This document shows positions 10,062-19,956 of a stretch of 64,000 nt of DNA, in pieces. The notes below the pieces were generated by a model. It had not been told where the DNA came from and did no database searches. It saw only the letters and a list, made by a program, of their open reading frames with translations. A program made the position numbers and the translations under genes. Numbering within the stretch: position 1 is the stretch's first letter; the number at the start of each line of letters is the position of its first letter. Source of the stretch: a virus (taxonomy: Duplodnaviria; Caudoviricetes); IMG/VR virus record IMGVR_UViG_3300027804_001810, positions 1 to 64,000 of that record; one strand, written 5' to 3'.

Positions 10062-10380
10062 TGGCGTTAATTCCTTTGTCGTCGATATAATAATCGCCAG
10101 ATGGTTTGCCAAGAATTAATTTATGATACTTACATCCCCATTCATTTAATTGGTTAACAGTAAGTTCATAGAATGTTCTTTTTGCCAGGTCAGCACGATC
10201 GCCATACCTACCCATACCTCTAGCGGTAAGATAAATGATTTGGTGTCCTTCATCATACAATTTATTTATTTTGTTAATTCGATCTGGTTTTGGAATACTT
10301 GTATGGTAATCACAGTCTTCCCTACACTCTGGTTTATCACAGATCGTTCCATCAATATCAATTACATATTTCATAAACAT
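10042..10380 (-). CDS. Small HAD-family phosphatase, paralog of 8543-8866
   Basis: IDIDGTI, TARG, GKP, YIDDKG. Confidence 0.87.
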   Translation of the reverse strand: MFMKYVIDIDGTICDKPECREDCDYHTSIPKPDRINKINKLYDEGHQIIYLTARGMGRYGDRADLAKRTFYELTVNQLNEWGCKYHKLILGKPSGDYYIDDKGINANEFFSD

Positions 10381-11107
10381 CTTGTTCAGTTAATACATAA
10401 GTCCCAAAATTTTGAACAGCAATTGATGCTGCTTTATTAGCATAAGGTATTGCTTCCTCTATTCTACCATACTTAAGATAAAAGTAAACCAAAGCAGAAA
10501 GAAATGTATCTCCTGCTCCAACCACATCAAATACATTTACCCTACTACCTGGATAATGAACACCATCAAATTCTGCACCATTTGATCCTTTGGTGATAAT
10601 TAAATTATCGTTTTTACTTTTAAGGCGTTTAGATTCATCCTCATTAATTTTTATATAACAATTTGATTCTGGCAGATCTGTTTTTTTACTATCTACAAAT
10701 ACTGGGCAGCGGGATGTAAAAACAATTTGAAATAACCTTTCTTTTGTAATAAATCCTTTGTCATAATCGGAAATTACAATCGCATCAAAATCTTCTTTTG
10801 GAAGATCATAACTCATCGGTTTTACTAAATTTTCAGTATCAACTCTTAAGATTTGATGGTTATACTTTTCATCAATATATCTGGTCTTAATAATTTTTTC
10901 ATCATTTGTAAGAATGTAAACTTCCATACCGAAAGATTTAAGATTTTCTCTTACATTCCAAGCCATTCCATGTCGCACTTCTTTCCTCTGATATTTGAGA
11001 ATGGGGACAGGTGCTTCTGGATTTAACCTTTCACAAATTCCATAGACATACTCGTCTATGCAACTATCTCCGATCAATAATACTTTGTATTGTTTTTGTT
11101 GTTGCAT
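10358..11107 (-). CDS. HldE/RfaE kinase domain (PfkB family, heptose-7-phosphate kinase-like)
   Basis: IGDSCIDEY, PEAPVP, DVVGAGDTF. Confidence 0.9.
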   Translation of the reverse strand: MQQQKQYKVLLIGDSCIDEYVYGICERLNPEAPVPILKYQRKEVRHGMAWNVRENLKSFGMEVYILTNDEKIIKTRYIDEKYNHQILRVDTENLVKPMSYDLPKEDFDAIVISDYDKGFITKERLFQIVFTSRCPVFVDSKKTDLPESNCYIKINEDESKRLKSKNDNLIITKGSNGAEFDGVHYPGSRVNVFDVVGAGDTFLSALVYFYLKYGRIEEAIPYANKAASIAVQNFGTYVLTEQDVYEICN

Positions 11108-11462
11108 AATCGCCTATTCGATCAAAGAATATAAGTTTTGATGCATAGTAAGATCCTATTACAGATTTATCTTTCCAATCAGATCCTACAACCATTATAT
11201 CAGGTTTGAATGATTTTATCATCTGCTCCAGTTCATAATCACTTGAAAAAATATCCACAGTATTAACTGCCTTTAAATTTTCTAGAAAAAATTTTCTTTC
11301 TTCTTGATTATGTATTGGTCTTGTGGGACCTTTCTTTTCTCTAACTCTATCATCACTATCAATCCCAACCAACAAAAAGTCTCCTAAACTTTTTGCGTAG
11401 TTTAGGAGTTCTAAATGACCTCGGTGAAGAATATCAAATGTTCCGTTTACAAAAATATTCAT
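11064..11462 (-). CDS. HldE/RfaE domain II nucleotidyltransferase
   Basis: NGTFDILHRGH (HxGH), KGPTRPI, GSDW. Confidence 0.9.
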   Translation of the reverse strand: MNIFVNGTFDILHRGHLELLNYAKSLGDFLLVGIDSDDRVREKKGPTRPIHNQEERKFFLENLKAVNTVDIFSSDYELEQMIKSFKPDIMVVGSDWKDKSVIGSYYASKLIFFDRIGDYATTKTIQSIIDRR

Positions 11463-12279
11463 AACAATCCTTAATTCCCTTTTCTATACCTTCATACTTT
11501 ATTGGTAGATTATTTGGAGCACCACAATAAGAAAACTCATTATAAGTTCCATGTTTAGAAATAACAACTTTATGATCACTTACATTATTAATCATATCAG
11601 CAATTTCACTTAAATAATATTTTTTATCATAAACACAGTTTATATCTCGACAATCAAACTCTTCAACTAAATTTAAAAAATGACTGATAATCTTGTAAAG
11701 ATCGTTGGCATAGATAAAATCTATCTTTCTATCTTTTGTTATCTCTATAGATTTTTTATTAATGTAGTTATTGATATTGGTATTGAAGAATCTTGTTGGT
11801 TCTTCATATGGACCAAAGCATCCAAAAATGCGAAGATTGATAGCATACGGATGTTGCAAAACTCTTTTTGCAATACAGTATTTTGAAAACCCATATGGAT
11901 CTACAGGAATAATTTGACCAAAATGTTTTGGCGATGGTTCTTCTACAGGTGCTGGACGACCATATGAAGCGCCACTGTCTAAATTAATAAACATATTAGA
12001 TTTACTAATATGTTTAAAAATATTTTCAAAAATTTGCATGTTGGTATAGAAAACTTCTGGTCCGTCTTCTATATCCCTACGACCCCCTTTAATTGCCCCA
12101 TGAATAATAGCGTGATATGTCTGACCTTCAAATAAAGAATCAACTTCACTTTGAACATCCAATCTAACTTCTCTTGAAGATGGTTTAACAACTTCCCATC
12201 CTTCCGATTCTAAAAGAGGGATAATTTGCTTACCAAGAAATCCATTGGCACCTGTAAAAAGAATTTTATTCTTTGTCAT
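11434..12279 (-). CDS. NAD(P)-dependent NDP-sugar reductase/epimerase (Fcl-like SDR)
   Basis: TGANGFLG, YGFSK; has DSGASY where Fcl has SSCIY (no epimerase Cys). Confidence 0.85.
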   Translation of the reverse strand: MTKNKILFTGANGFLGKQIIPLLESEGWEVVKPSSREVRLDVQSEVDSLFEGQTYHAIIHGAIKGGRRDIEDGPEVFYTNMQIFENIFKHISKSNMFINLDSGASYGRPAPVEEPSPKHFGQIIPVDPYGFSKYCIAKRVLQHPYAINLRIFGCFGPYEEPTRFFNTNINNYINKKSIEITKDRKIDFIYANDLYKIISHFLNLVEEFDCRDINCVYDKKYYLSEIADMINNVSDHKVVISKHGTYNEFSYCGAPNNLPIKYEGIEKGIKDCYEYFCKRNI

Positions 12280-13132
12280 ACTTCCAACTAGAATCACTCA
12301 GTAGTTTTTCAAGCTCATCATCTTTAATTTCGTAAAAGTTTTCAGAAGAGGGGAATTGAAGTTCACGAACTTCATTCACATAGTCCGTAAGGGCAGATTG
12401 AATAAGTTGCCCTGCTTCACAATAACGCTTTACAAATTTAGATTTAAATTCCCAGAACAATCCAATCAAGTCGTGCATAATTACAAGTTGTCCATCAACC
12501 TTATCGCCAGCACCAATTCCATAAACAGGAATCTCCAAAGACTCTGCAATCATTGCAGCAGACTCCCTAGGCATTGCTTCAAGTAAAAGGAAAGAGCATC
12601 CAGCGTCTTGAAGACGAAGTGCCTGGTCAAGAATCACTTTTGCCTGATCTGCAGTTTTTCCTTGAACCCTATACCCTCCCAATTTAGCACGAGTATGTGG
12701 TGTTAATCCAAGATGACTCATGACCATGATTCCAGCATCGCAGATTGCTTTAATACGTTCAACCATGCACCCTTCAACCTTTACAGCATCCATTCCTGCC
12801 TGAATAAATGCCCCAGCATTTGTCACCGCATCTTCATTAGAAATTTGATATGACATATATGGCAAATCCCCCACAGTAAATGCGCGATTTACTCCACGAG
12901 ATACTGCTCTAGCAGAACGAAGCATATCATCCATGGTCACTGGAATGGTTGTCTTGTATCCCAAGGTAGTCATACCAAGAGAATCTCCAACCAAAACCCA
13001 ATCAACTCCAGCATTATCTGCCATAAGAGCTTGAGGATAATCGTAAGCAGTGACTCCAACGGTCTTTATTTTATTTTGTTTTTGTTTCTGCAACTTTAAA
13101 ATAGTTACTTTATCTTTATTATCTGCAGGCAT
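12266..13132 (-). CDS. panB: Ketopantoate hydroxymethyltransferase (PanB) homolog
   Basis: TAYDY, VGDSLGM, GDLPYMSY, VKVEG, HLGLTP, LLLEA, GIGAG, DGQ. Confidence 0.95.
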   Translation of the reverse strand: MPADNKDKVTILKLQKQKQNKIKTVGVTAYDYPQALMADNAGVDWVLVGDSLGMTTLGYKTTIPVTMDDMLRSARAVSRGVNRAFTVGDLPYMSYQISNEDAVTNAGAFIQAGMDAVKVEGCMVERIKAICDAGIMVMSHLGLTPHTRAKLGGYRVQGKTADQAKVILDQALRLQDAGCSFLLLEAMPRESAAMIAESLEIPVYGIGAGDKVDGQLVIMHDLIGLFWEFKSKFVKRYCEAGQLIQSALTDYVNEVRELQFPSSENFYEIKDDELEKLLSDSSWKYDKE

Positions 13133-13133
13133 A

Positions 13134-14819
13134 TCAGTCTAGGGGGTTAACTATCATATTACCATAGAATTCGTCTCTAGGCAAGAATGGGTACATATCT
13201 TCAAGTGGTTTTGCTGTTATTGATCCATCATCGTTTTTCTTACCCATCAAAGTAGGAATAACTTCTTGCCATTTTTCACACATAACTTCACATATCACAG
13301 GACCATTATAATTCAACGTGTATGTAATTGCGTCTTCCAAATTATTAGAATCTGCATAAACATATTCAATGCCAAAACTTTCTACTACCTTACAAATATT
13401 TGGGATGGAAACTCCACTTTCGGCATCGGTTCCTATTTCTCTACCTTCAAAAAACTTTTTCTGCGTTGTTCGGATTGAAAGATATCCTTCATTATTCCAA
13501 ACAAATAGTTTAACTGGTAGATTATAATGAACTATAGTTTGAAGTTCTTGCAAATTCATCATGAAAGAACCATCACCAGTCACACCAATTACATCACTCT
13601 TTTTAGCAAAAGCAGCGCCAATGCAAGCAGGAATAGTAAATCCCATTTCAGCTTGAGCACTGGAAGTAATATATCTTTGATTGTCTACAATATCTGTAGC
13701 TTGTGAGCAAACATAATATGCAGATCCAGCGTCGGAAATAACAACATCATCAAATCTCTTTAACTTATTAAGTACATGAGTGAAGTAATAAAGATCTACT
13801 TTTTCTGATGGATTTTCAGTTGGACAAATAGGCCACTTTCCTCTCCAACGTAAACAGGTTTCATTCCATTTAGTTCTCTGTCTAGAAAAAATGTTTTTCT
13901 GCAAAAAGTCTTTTGCATCAGAATGAATAAATCTATCAATTTTAACAGTATCTTTTGAATGTTCATCCTTATCAACATCCACCACTATTACTTTTGCTTC
14001 TCTAGCAAAAGTGGAATAATCATATCCAGTAACTGGCACAGGTAATCTACAACCAATTACAAGAAGAAGATCACAGTTTTGCATGGCAAAATTGCCAGCA
14101 CGAGTTCCTTTAATTCCAACTCTACCTACAAAATTTGAATCATTAGAATGAATTAAATCCACACCATTATAAGATGTCACAACTGGAATATTTGTTTTAC
14201 TTATGAATGCTCTAAATGCATTTTTAGCATTAGAACAGTTAATACCATTTCCAGCTAAAATTAATGGTCTTTCTGAATTTTCAATTTCATGTTCCAAATC
14301 AAAACAAGATGCCCCTTGGACATCCATGGGAACATCAATCCACACTGGACCAGGACGACAAGTTGTGGCATGATAAATTGCCTCCCTCATAATATCACCA
14401 ATGTCTTCTGGATCGTGAACAACTGCAGAATACTTAGTAATTGGTTTCACAATGTCAATAATATTAGCTTCCTGAACACCAAGATTTCTAACTCCAGCAG
14501 GAGCCATATGAGAACGATTTACATTACCAGAAACAAATATTACTGGAACACTATCTTGCCAAGCATCAAGAAGACCTGTAATTGCATTTGTTCCACCACA
14601 ACCTGTTGTTAAGCAAACAGCACTTATACTATTTGTATACTTTGAATACGCAACCGCACCCATTGCACAAGACTGCTCATGATGATTGCATATTGGTTTA
14701 ATTTTTCCGTGAGCAGCAATAGCATCATTAAGATACATTGCCCCACCGCCAGTCACAAGAAAAATGTGTTCACATCCTTCTTTATAAATCTGATCGATAA
14801 TATAATCTGCTACTCTCAT
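13134..14819 (-). CDS. ThDP-dependent enzyme of the acetolactate synthase family, probably YerE-like
   Basis: HHEQ, TTGCGGTNAITG, GDGSFMMNLQEL...NNEGY; no AHAS regulatory subunit nearby; sugar-cluster context. Confidence 0.9.
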   Translation of the reverse strand: MRVADYIIDQIYKEGCEHIFLVTGGGAMYLNDAIAAHGKIKPICNHHEQSCAMGAVAYSKYTNSISAVCLTTGCGGTNAITGLLDAWQDSVPVIFVSGNVNRSHMAPAGVRNLGVQEANIIDIVKPITKYSAVVHDPEDIGDIMREAIYHATTCRPGPVWIDVPMDVQGASCFDLEHEIENSERPLILAGNGINCSNAKNAFRAFISKTNIPVVTSYNGVDLIHSNDSNFVGRVGIKGTRAGNFAMQNCDLLLVIGCRLPVPVTGYDYSTFAREAKVIVVDVDKDEHSKDTVKIDRFIHSDAKDFLQKNIFSRQRTKWNETCLRWRGKWPICPTENPSEKVDLYYFTHVLNKLKRFDDVVISDAGSAYYVCSQATDIVDNQRYITSSAQAEMGFTIPACIGAAFAKKSDVIGVTGDGSFMMNLQELQTIVHYNLPVKLFVWNNEGYLSIRTTQKKFFEGREIGTDAESGVSIPNICKVVESFGIEYVYADSNNLEDAITYTLNYNGPVICEVMCEKWQEVIPTLMGKKNDDGSITAKPLEDMYPFLPRDEFYGNMIVNPLD

Positions 14820-16096
14820 TTTTCAAAAGTAGAAGTAATTTTCCCAATGTAATCAATCATTTCTTCAGTGATAGTAGGAGAACAACCAACAAAGAATACA
14901 AGATCAAGAACCTTACATGCATTAGGATAGTTCTTATAATAATCTAAATGGCTATATCCAGGGTGCATTAAAATATTTCCAGCAAAATAATTTCTTGTTT
15001 GAATTTTATTTGATTCCAAATGATGAGTAAGTTTATTTTTTGTTTGCTTACTATCGCAAATAATGGGAACTCCAAACCAACTCGTCTCCGCTTTAGGCAG
15101 TTCGTTAACACTCCTAACTCCAGGAATCTTTTCAAAATGTTCTTGGATAAGAACTTTATTCTTTCTACGCAATTGATGAATTTCATCCTGCTTATCAAGT
15201 TGAACAGATCCTATCGCTCCCTGAAAATCCATGGGCTTAAGATTATAACCCATTTGCGTGTAGACATACTTATGATCGATAATGCCATCATAACGATCAA
15301 TCCAGTTATCAAATCTTTTACCACAAACTCCGCAAGAAAGGAGGTTCTGAGACCCTACACAATAACAGTCTCTACCCCACCAAGCAAGACTACGGGCAAT
15401 ATTAATCAACTCACAGTCATCAGTAGAAATCATTCCACCTTCTCCAGTACAAATATGATGTGCTGGATAGAATGAACATGATGCTGCAATCGCATGATCA
15501 GTCAGATACTTACCATCCCACTTACTGCCAAGACTATCACAGTTATCAGCAATTAAATGGATCTTATAACGATCGCAAATATCAAGAATAATATCAATGT
15601 CATAAGGATTTCCCAGAACTGGTGAAGAAAATATTCCTCTGGTTTTAGTAGAGATCTTATCTTCAATCTCACTAATGTCCCAATTCAAATCTGTAAAATC
15701 AATATCAACAAAAACTGGTTTCAATCCATTTTGAACAATGGGAGCAATAGTAGTTGGAAATCCCACACAAGATACAATAATTTCATCACCATCTTCCCAC
15801 CCAAATCTTTTTTTAAGGGCAGCAATCATGACAAGATTGGCAGAACTACCAGAGTTCACCATTAAAGAATTTTGCTTATTAAATCGTTTGGAGAATTTTT
15901 TCTCAAACTTACTAACTTCCTCACCAGAAGCTAACCATTTCCCCTGAAGAAAGGATTTAAAAATAGATTCCAGTTCCCTATTATCCCAATAAGGTCCCGA
16001 ATAATAAACTGAAGACTCTCCAGGAATAAATTTACCACTATTAGCAAGATATGGAGGAGATACATCTTGTAAAAGTTTTTCAATTACACTATCCAT
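14816..16096 (-). CDS. rfbH: RfbH/DdhC (E1) NDP-4-keto-6-deoxyglucose 3-dehydratase
   Basis: SFYPAHH (His in place of the PLP Lys), WGRDCYC...CGKRF...DHKY Fe-S signature, GYNLK. Confidence 0.92.
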   Translation of the reverse strand: MDSVIEKLLQDVSPPYLANSGKFIPGESSVYYSGPYWDNRELESIFKSFLQGKWLASGEEVSKFEKKFSKRFNKQNSLMVNSGSSANLVMIAALKKRFGWEDGDEIIVSCVGFPTTIAPIVQNGLKPVFVDIDFTDLNWDISEIEDKISTKTRGIFSSPVLGNPYDIDIILDICDRYKIHLIADNCDSLGSKWDGKYLTDHAIAASCSFYPAHHICTGEGGMISTDDCELINIARSLAWWGRDCYCVGSQNLLSCGVCGKRFDNWIDRYDGIIDHKYVYTQMGYNLKPMDFQGAIGSVQLDKQDEIHQLRRKNKVLIQEHFEKIPGVRSVNELPKAETSWFGVPIICDSKQTKNKLTHHLESNKIQTRNYFAGNILMHPGYSHLDYYKNYPNACKVLDLVFFVGCSPTITEEMIDYIGKITSTFEK

Positions 16097-16949
16097 TAGT
16101 AACCTCATTCAGATAATCATTAACTTCAGTTGATACGACAGTTGACAACCAATTTCTAAACCCACCACAACGTTTGTTTATTTCTGCTGCCAGTCCTCCA
16201 CCAGCTTGGTGTAATACTTTTAGGCACATAGGTTCGCCATTAACTGGATCATCAAGGTACAGTCTACCATCTTTTAAGTAAATTTGCGACCAACTTTCCC
16301 AATGATTATTGGGATCATTGCCCCAACAGCTGGAAAGACCATATGAAACTCCAGATCCCATACAATCTATAACTTTAGAATTATATTTTTTCCAGTGAAA
16401 TAATTGATTTAGAGTATCATTTTCATCACCAACACCATAAGCAGAAGGATCAACCTCTGCTCTAATACGAATTGCTTCTTGATTTAGATTGTGCCAATCA
16501 TACCAAAATTCCTTTCGATTAACTCCAACGAGACCAGCATTAATAAACTTTTGTACTGGTATTGGATTACCATTTCCAAAAGGTTCCAAGTGGGGAATAG
16601 TAATTCCATTATGAGATCCTGCTTTATTAAAGCTGTTATTATTTCTTACACCTAGAACATCTGCTTCACTATTAAAAAGTTCATCCATTGGACCAACTAC
16701 AACAGCATCGGCGTCCAAATGAATTACCATGTCATAATCTTCAACAAAAGGAAGACAAGTTGGAGCCATCATCCAAATAGGTTTCATCCATGGATATTGA
16801 GCATAAACCTCATTAGTCATTTTAGTATCAAAAATGACATGCTCAACATCTGGATGAAAATATTTTATAGAATTTGTTAATTTCTCTACGCCAAGAATCT
16901 CAGCATAATCATCAGTACACCAAGTAGAGATAAGAATTTTCTTAGACAT
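16089..16949 (-). CDS. Putative GT-A glycosyltransferase (GT8-like)
   Basis: IHLDADAVVVG, FINAGLV, DENDTLN. Confidence 0.7.
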   Translation of the reverse strand: MSKKILISTWCTDDYAEILGVEKLTNSIKYFHPDVEHVIFDTKMTNEVYAQYPWMKPIWMMAPTCLPFVEDYDMVIHLDADAVVVGPMDELFNSEADVLGVRNNNSFNKAGSHNGITIPHLEPFGNGNPIPVQKFINAGLVGVNRKEFWYDWHNLNQEAIRIRAEVDPSAYGVGDENDTLNQLFHWKKYNSKVIDCMGSGVSYGLSSCWGNDPNNHWESWSQIYLKDGRLYLDDPVNGEPMCLKVLHQAGGGLAAEINKRCGGFRNWLSTVVSTEVNDYLNEVTNG

Positions 16950-17587
16950 TATTCAACAATTCCAACAAGAAGTTTTTCTGCCTCGTCTGAGATATCTTTA
17001 TTAACTGGGAAAAGGATAATAAATCCCTGCTTATTATATGATTTAATCACATAATGTGTTTCTTCAAATAGTTCATCAATGAACTCAATCCCATCAGCAC
17101 CATATTTTAATCTGTCTCTCCAATTGCCATCTTCAAAAGGACCGTCTTCATAAATTCTGAGATCGTCAATAACAAAAACATCATTAGAAACATCTCTGCT
17201 ATTTACAATGATTTCCAATTCACTCTGCAATGGAAGCCTCTTGCTCAGATCAGGTTCATCACCATAAGATGCCATTCCAAAATCTGCACCAGGAAAATGA
17301 GCATCCATCCAAAACAAAGTATTTCCAGATAATTCTGGAAGAATTTGTGGGAGAACATCAGAAGACTGCCCCAAATGCCAATTCACACCTTTCAGATAAG
17401 AAAGAGAAACTTTATTTTTCTTATAAATTTCTTCGATAATTTCGATCGTATGAATATTTACTTCAGAATTAATTCCATAAACAGACCTAACGACCTCTGC
17501 TGCGCCAGTGCCAGTCTCAACAAAATTTTCAATGTTATAAAACTCTAGCAAATTCTTAACATGAACTGCTTCATTTAATTGACCCAT
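16949..17587 (-). CDS. Class I SAM methyltransferase-like protein
   Basis: FVETGTG, FWMDAH, VIDDLR. Confidence 0.55.
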   Translation of the reverse strand: MGQLNEAVHVKNLLEFYNIENFVETGTGAAEVVRSVYGINSEVNIHTIEIIEEIYKKNKVSLSYLKGVNWHLGQSSDVLPQILPELSGNTLFWMDAHFPGADFGMASYGDEPDLSKRLPLQSELEIIVNSRDVSNDVFVIDDLRIYEDGPFEDGNWRDRLKYGADGIEFIDELFEETHYVIKSYNKQGFIILFPVNKDISDEAEKLLVGIVE

Positions 17588-18078
17588 TAGATTTTTTCTC
17601 CAACTACAATAAAGGAATGATTTAAATCTCTTTGACTACTAAAGATATTAGTATACCCGTTTTCTTTCATAAAATCAACTACCATTTCAGGTAAGAACGC
17701 ATGTAAGTGTTTTCTGTTATTCCAAGGTCTCCAATATTTTTGATCATAATGTGGTAGGTATAAAAACAAGGTGCCACCACTACGAATTTTTTCAGTCCAA
17801 TACAAAAGAGTTCCAGCCCAATCAGGAACATGCTCTAAACAATGACTGGAAAAAATATAGTCAACTTGATTATCAGGAAGATTATTAGCATCCCAAGGAT
17901 CATCAAAATCAAGATCTATAGGGATTGAACCTGGATAAGACCAATCAACTTTCATACACCCAATATCATATCCCTTACCCATACAAAAGTATTGTGCAAA
18001 TGGAATTGCAAACTGGGATGCATTGCCTATGGTTTGAAAGTGAGGATATTTTTCACCTCTATATTCTACTACTTGCAT
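17587..18078 (-). CDS. Class I SAM-dependent methyltransferase
   Basis: YDIGC, DYIFSSHCLEHV, GGTLFLYLP. Confidence 0.85.
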   Translation of the reverse strand: MQVVEYRGEKYPHFQTIGNASQFAIPFAQYFCMGKGYDIGCMKVDWSYPGSIPIDLDFDDPWDANNLPDNQVDYIFSSHCLEHVPDWAGTLLYWTEKIRSGGTLFLYLPHYDQKYWRPWNNRKHLHAFLPEMVVDFMKENGYTNIFSSQRDLNHSFIVVGEKI

Positions 18079-18776
18079 AACATTACGTGAGGTTTATTAA
18101 ACAGATAATCAATTTGTTCTTTATTTTTTTCATCATGAGCATAAATGACATACTCATCATAAGAAGTATCAATAACTTCAATAATATAATTAATAGATGT
18201 ATTGATTGTATGAATTTTTTTTGCCTTTTCTAGAACTTTAATCCAATCGAACAATGTAAATCCATCGATAATTTTCAATTCAACTACAGGAAGATCAAAC
18301 TGTTCTGGACTAAACAATTTACTATCACGGATATCAGTATTATAAAGATTGTTTATGAAAACGAATTCAGAGTCATCCTTTAGATTAAGTACATTATAGT
18401 ACAAATCATTTTCTTTATCAAGGTCTCGTTCAAATTTAAAATACTCACGCCAATCTTCATATTCCATATCGAGCATAGAATATTTGGATCTCATAGTTTT
18501 ACCATCATTATGAGTTAGATCAGCAGTCGCAATACTAATGAACGCTACATTTTCTTCAATAACATATCCACCAAATTGATCGTAGACATCTTTACCAAGA
18601 AAATCATCATCTAAACTAGGAAAGTCAATATCTTTAATGTAATTACCAATCCAAGTAATGTCTGGTCTGAGTGGCCAAATAACTTGATATCCTTTAGATA
18701 GCATTACTCTGGCAATTTTCTGACAAAAAAATACATCGCCAATACCAGCGGGTTGTTTAATTATACAAGGTTTCAT
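18069..18776 (-). CDS. Hypothetical glycan-related protein (GT9-like N-terminus)
   Basis: QPAGIGDVFF resembles the GT9 N-terminal motif; context. Confidence 0.5.
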   Translation of the reverse strand: MKPCIIKQPAGIGDVFFCQKIARVMLSKGYQVIWPLRPDITWIGNYIKDIDFPSLDDDFLGKDVYDQFGGYVIEENVAFISIATADLTHNDGKTMRSKYSMLDMEYEDWREYFKFERDLDKENDLYYNVLNLKDDSEFVFINNLYNTDIRDSKLFSPEQFDLPVVELKIIDGFTLFDWIKVLEKAKKIHTINTSINYIIEVIDTSYDEYVIYAHDEKNKEQIDYLFNKPHVMLCK

Positions 18777-19147
18777 TACTGATATTGAGGAAGTATTTTT
18801 TGTTCGTTTATTTGACTGTTGGTATACTTATTAATTTTTGATTTCACATGAAACCTTTCATCATTGTTATAGTAAACGTCTCTAGCAAGTTGAATAAAAG
18901 TCTCATCAAATTGCTTGTTCTTTTCACATAAACGAATACTATCTTCAGTATCCCAAATCTTTTGATTAACTGCTTGAAGTTCGTCAATCATTTCTTGAGG
19001 AACATCTAGACTTTCAACAATTGGAACAAGATACTCAAGTTCTTTTAGAATTTGTTGGGTCTTTGCCTCACTATCAGAATTTTCTAATTTAATTTTAAGA
19101 ATGGTAAGTTTATCAACAATCTCACCATTAGCTACTTCGATTTTCAT
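18776..19147 (-). CDS. DUF6165-like coiled-coil protein
   Basis: GEIVDKLTILKIK, IWDTED, NDERF. Confidence 0.7.
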   Translation of the reverse strand: MKIEVANGEIVDKLTILKIKLENSDSEAKTQQILKELEYLVPIVESLDVPQEMIDELQAVNQKIWDTEDSIRLCEKNKQFDETFIQLARDVYYNNDERFHVKSKINKYTNSQINEQKILPQYQ

Positions 19148-19162
19148 TTGATTAAATGTAAA

Positions 19163-19945
19163 TTACTTCCATTTGTTCCAGGGATATACATCCCAATTGT
19201 CCTTAAGATAACCTTCACCATAAAGAACATTACCAGCATTCCCATCCTGAAATGGAGTATGTTGTCTATCTCTACGAACAAAAAGAGAATCACCCTGCCC
19301 CTCATTTTTATATTGGGGGGACATTTCAGTAAGATCAAATCCCTTCTCATCCAACCATTCAACAATTTGCTGATGTGCAGCACCAGCACCATGACGATCA
19401 TCAAATGTTGTTTCAAGATCGACCACATTAATATGATCAAGATACTTTTCAAATCCCATCAACACATCAAGTTCAGCACCTTCAACATCAATGTTCAAAA
19501 AATCATATTCATTCATGTCAATGTTATTCTCCTCAATTATTGTTGAGAGAGTTTTTGTTTTAACTTTAATTGAATGAACTTTACCCCACTCTGGTTTGCC
19601 TGGATAAAAACTAGATCCTAACCCATGAGGACATATCCAGAAGTCTTTTTCAACACCATCTTCCTTATAGGTAAATTCATTGAAAATTTTAAACCCCCAT
19701 TTATCAGCAACAGGTTTTGCCATGTGCTGATAAATATCTGGATTTGCTTCTATACCAATAACCTTGTTGCCAAATAATTTAGTATAACAACCATACTCAA
19801 TAAAGTCATACAACCCTACATGTATAACCCCTTTTGGTTGAATATTAATTCTTTCAAAAATACCAACCCATTCCCGCATTTCGGGATCCCAAACTGCGCT
19901 TCCAGTTTCTTTATTCCATGAAGCATATGGACCAAGCATACTCAT
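19163..19945 (-). CDS. FkbM-family methyltransferase
   Basis: VIHVG, IEANP, LNIDVEGAELDVLMG. Confidence 0.88.
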   Translation of the reverse strand: MSMLGPYASWNKETGSAVWDPEMREWVGIFERINIQPKGVIHVGLYDFIEYGCYTKLFGNKVIGIEANPDIYQHMAKPVADKWGFKIFNEFTYKEDGVEKDFWICPHGLGSSFYPGKPEWGKVHSIKVKTKTLSTIIEENNIDMNEYDFLNIDVEGAELDVLMGFEKYLDHINVVDLETTFDDRHGAGAAHQQIVEWLDEKGFDLTEMSPQYKNEGQGDSLFVRRDRQHTPFQDGNAGNVLYGEGYLKDNWDVYPWNKWK

Positions 19946-19956
19946 AACAATACTCC

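Noticed and set aside
13134-14819. Acetolactate synthase (ilvB) for branched-chain amino acid synthesis
   Set aside because: No regulatory subunit or ilvC/ilvD in the window, and it is embedded between rfbH and a sugar SDR; a YerE-like role fits better (not proven)
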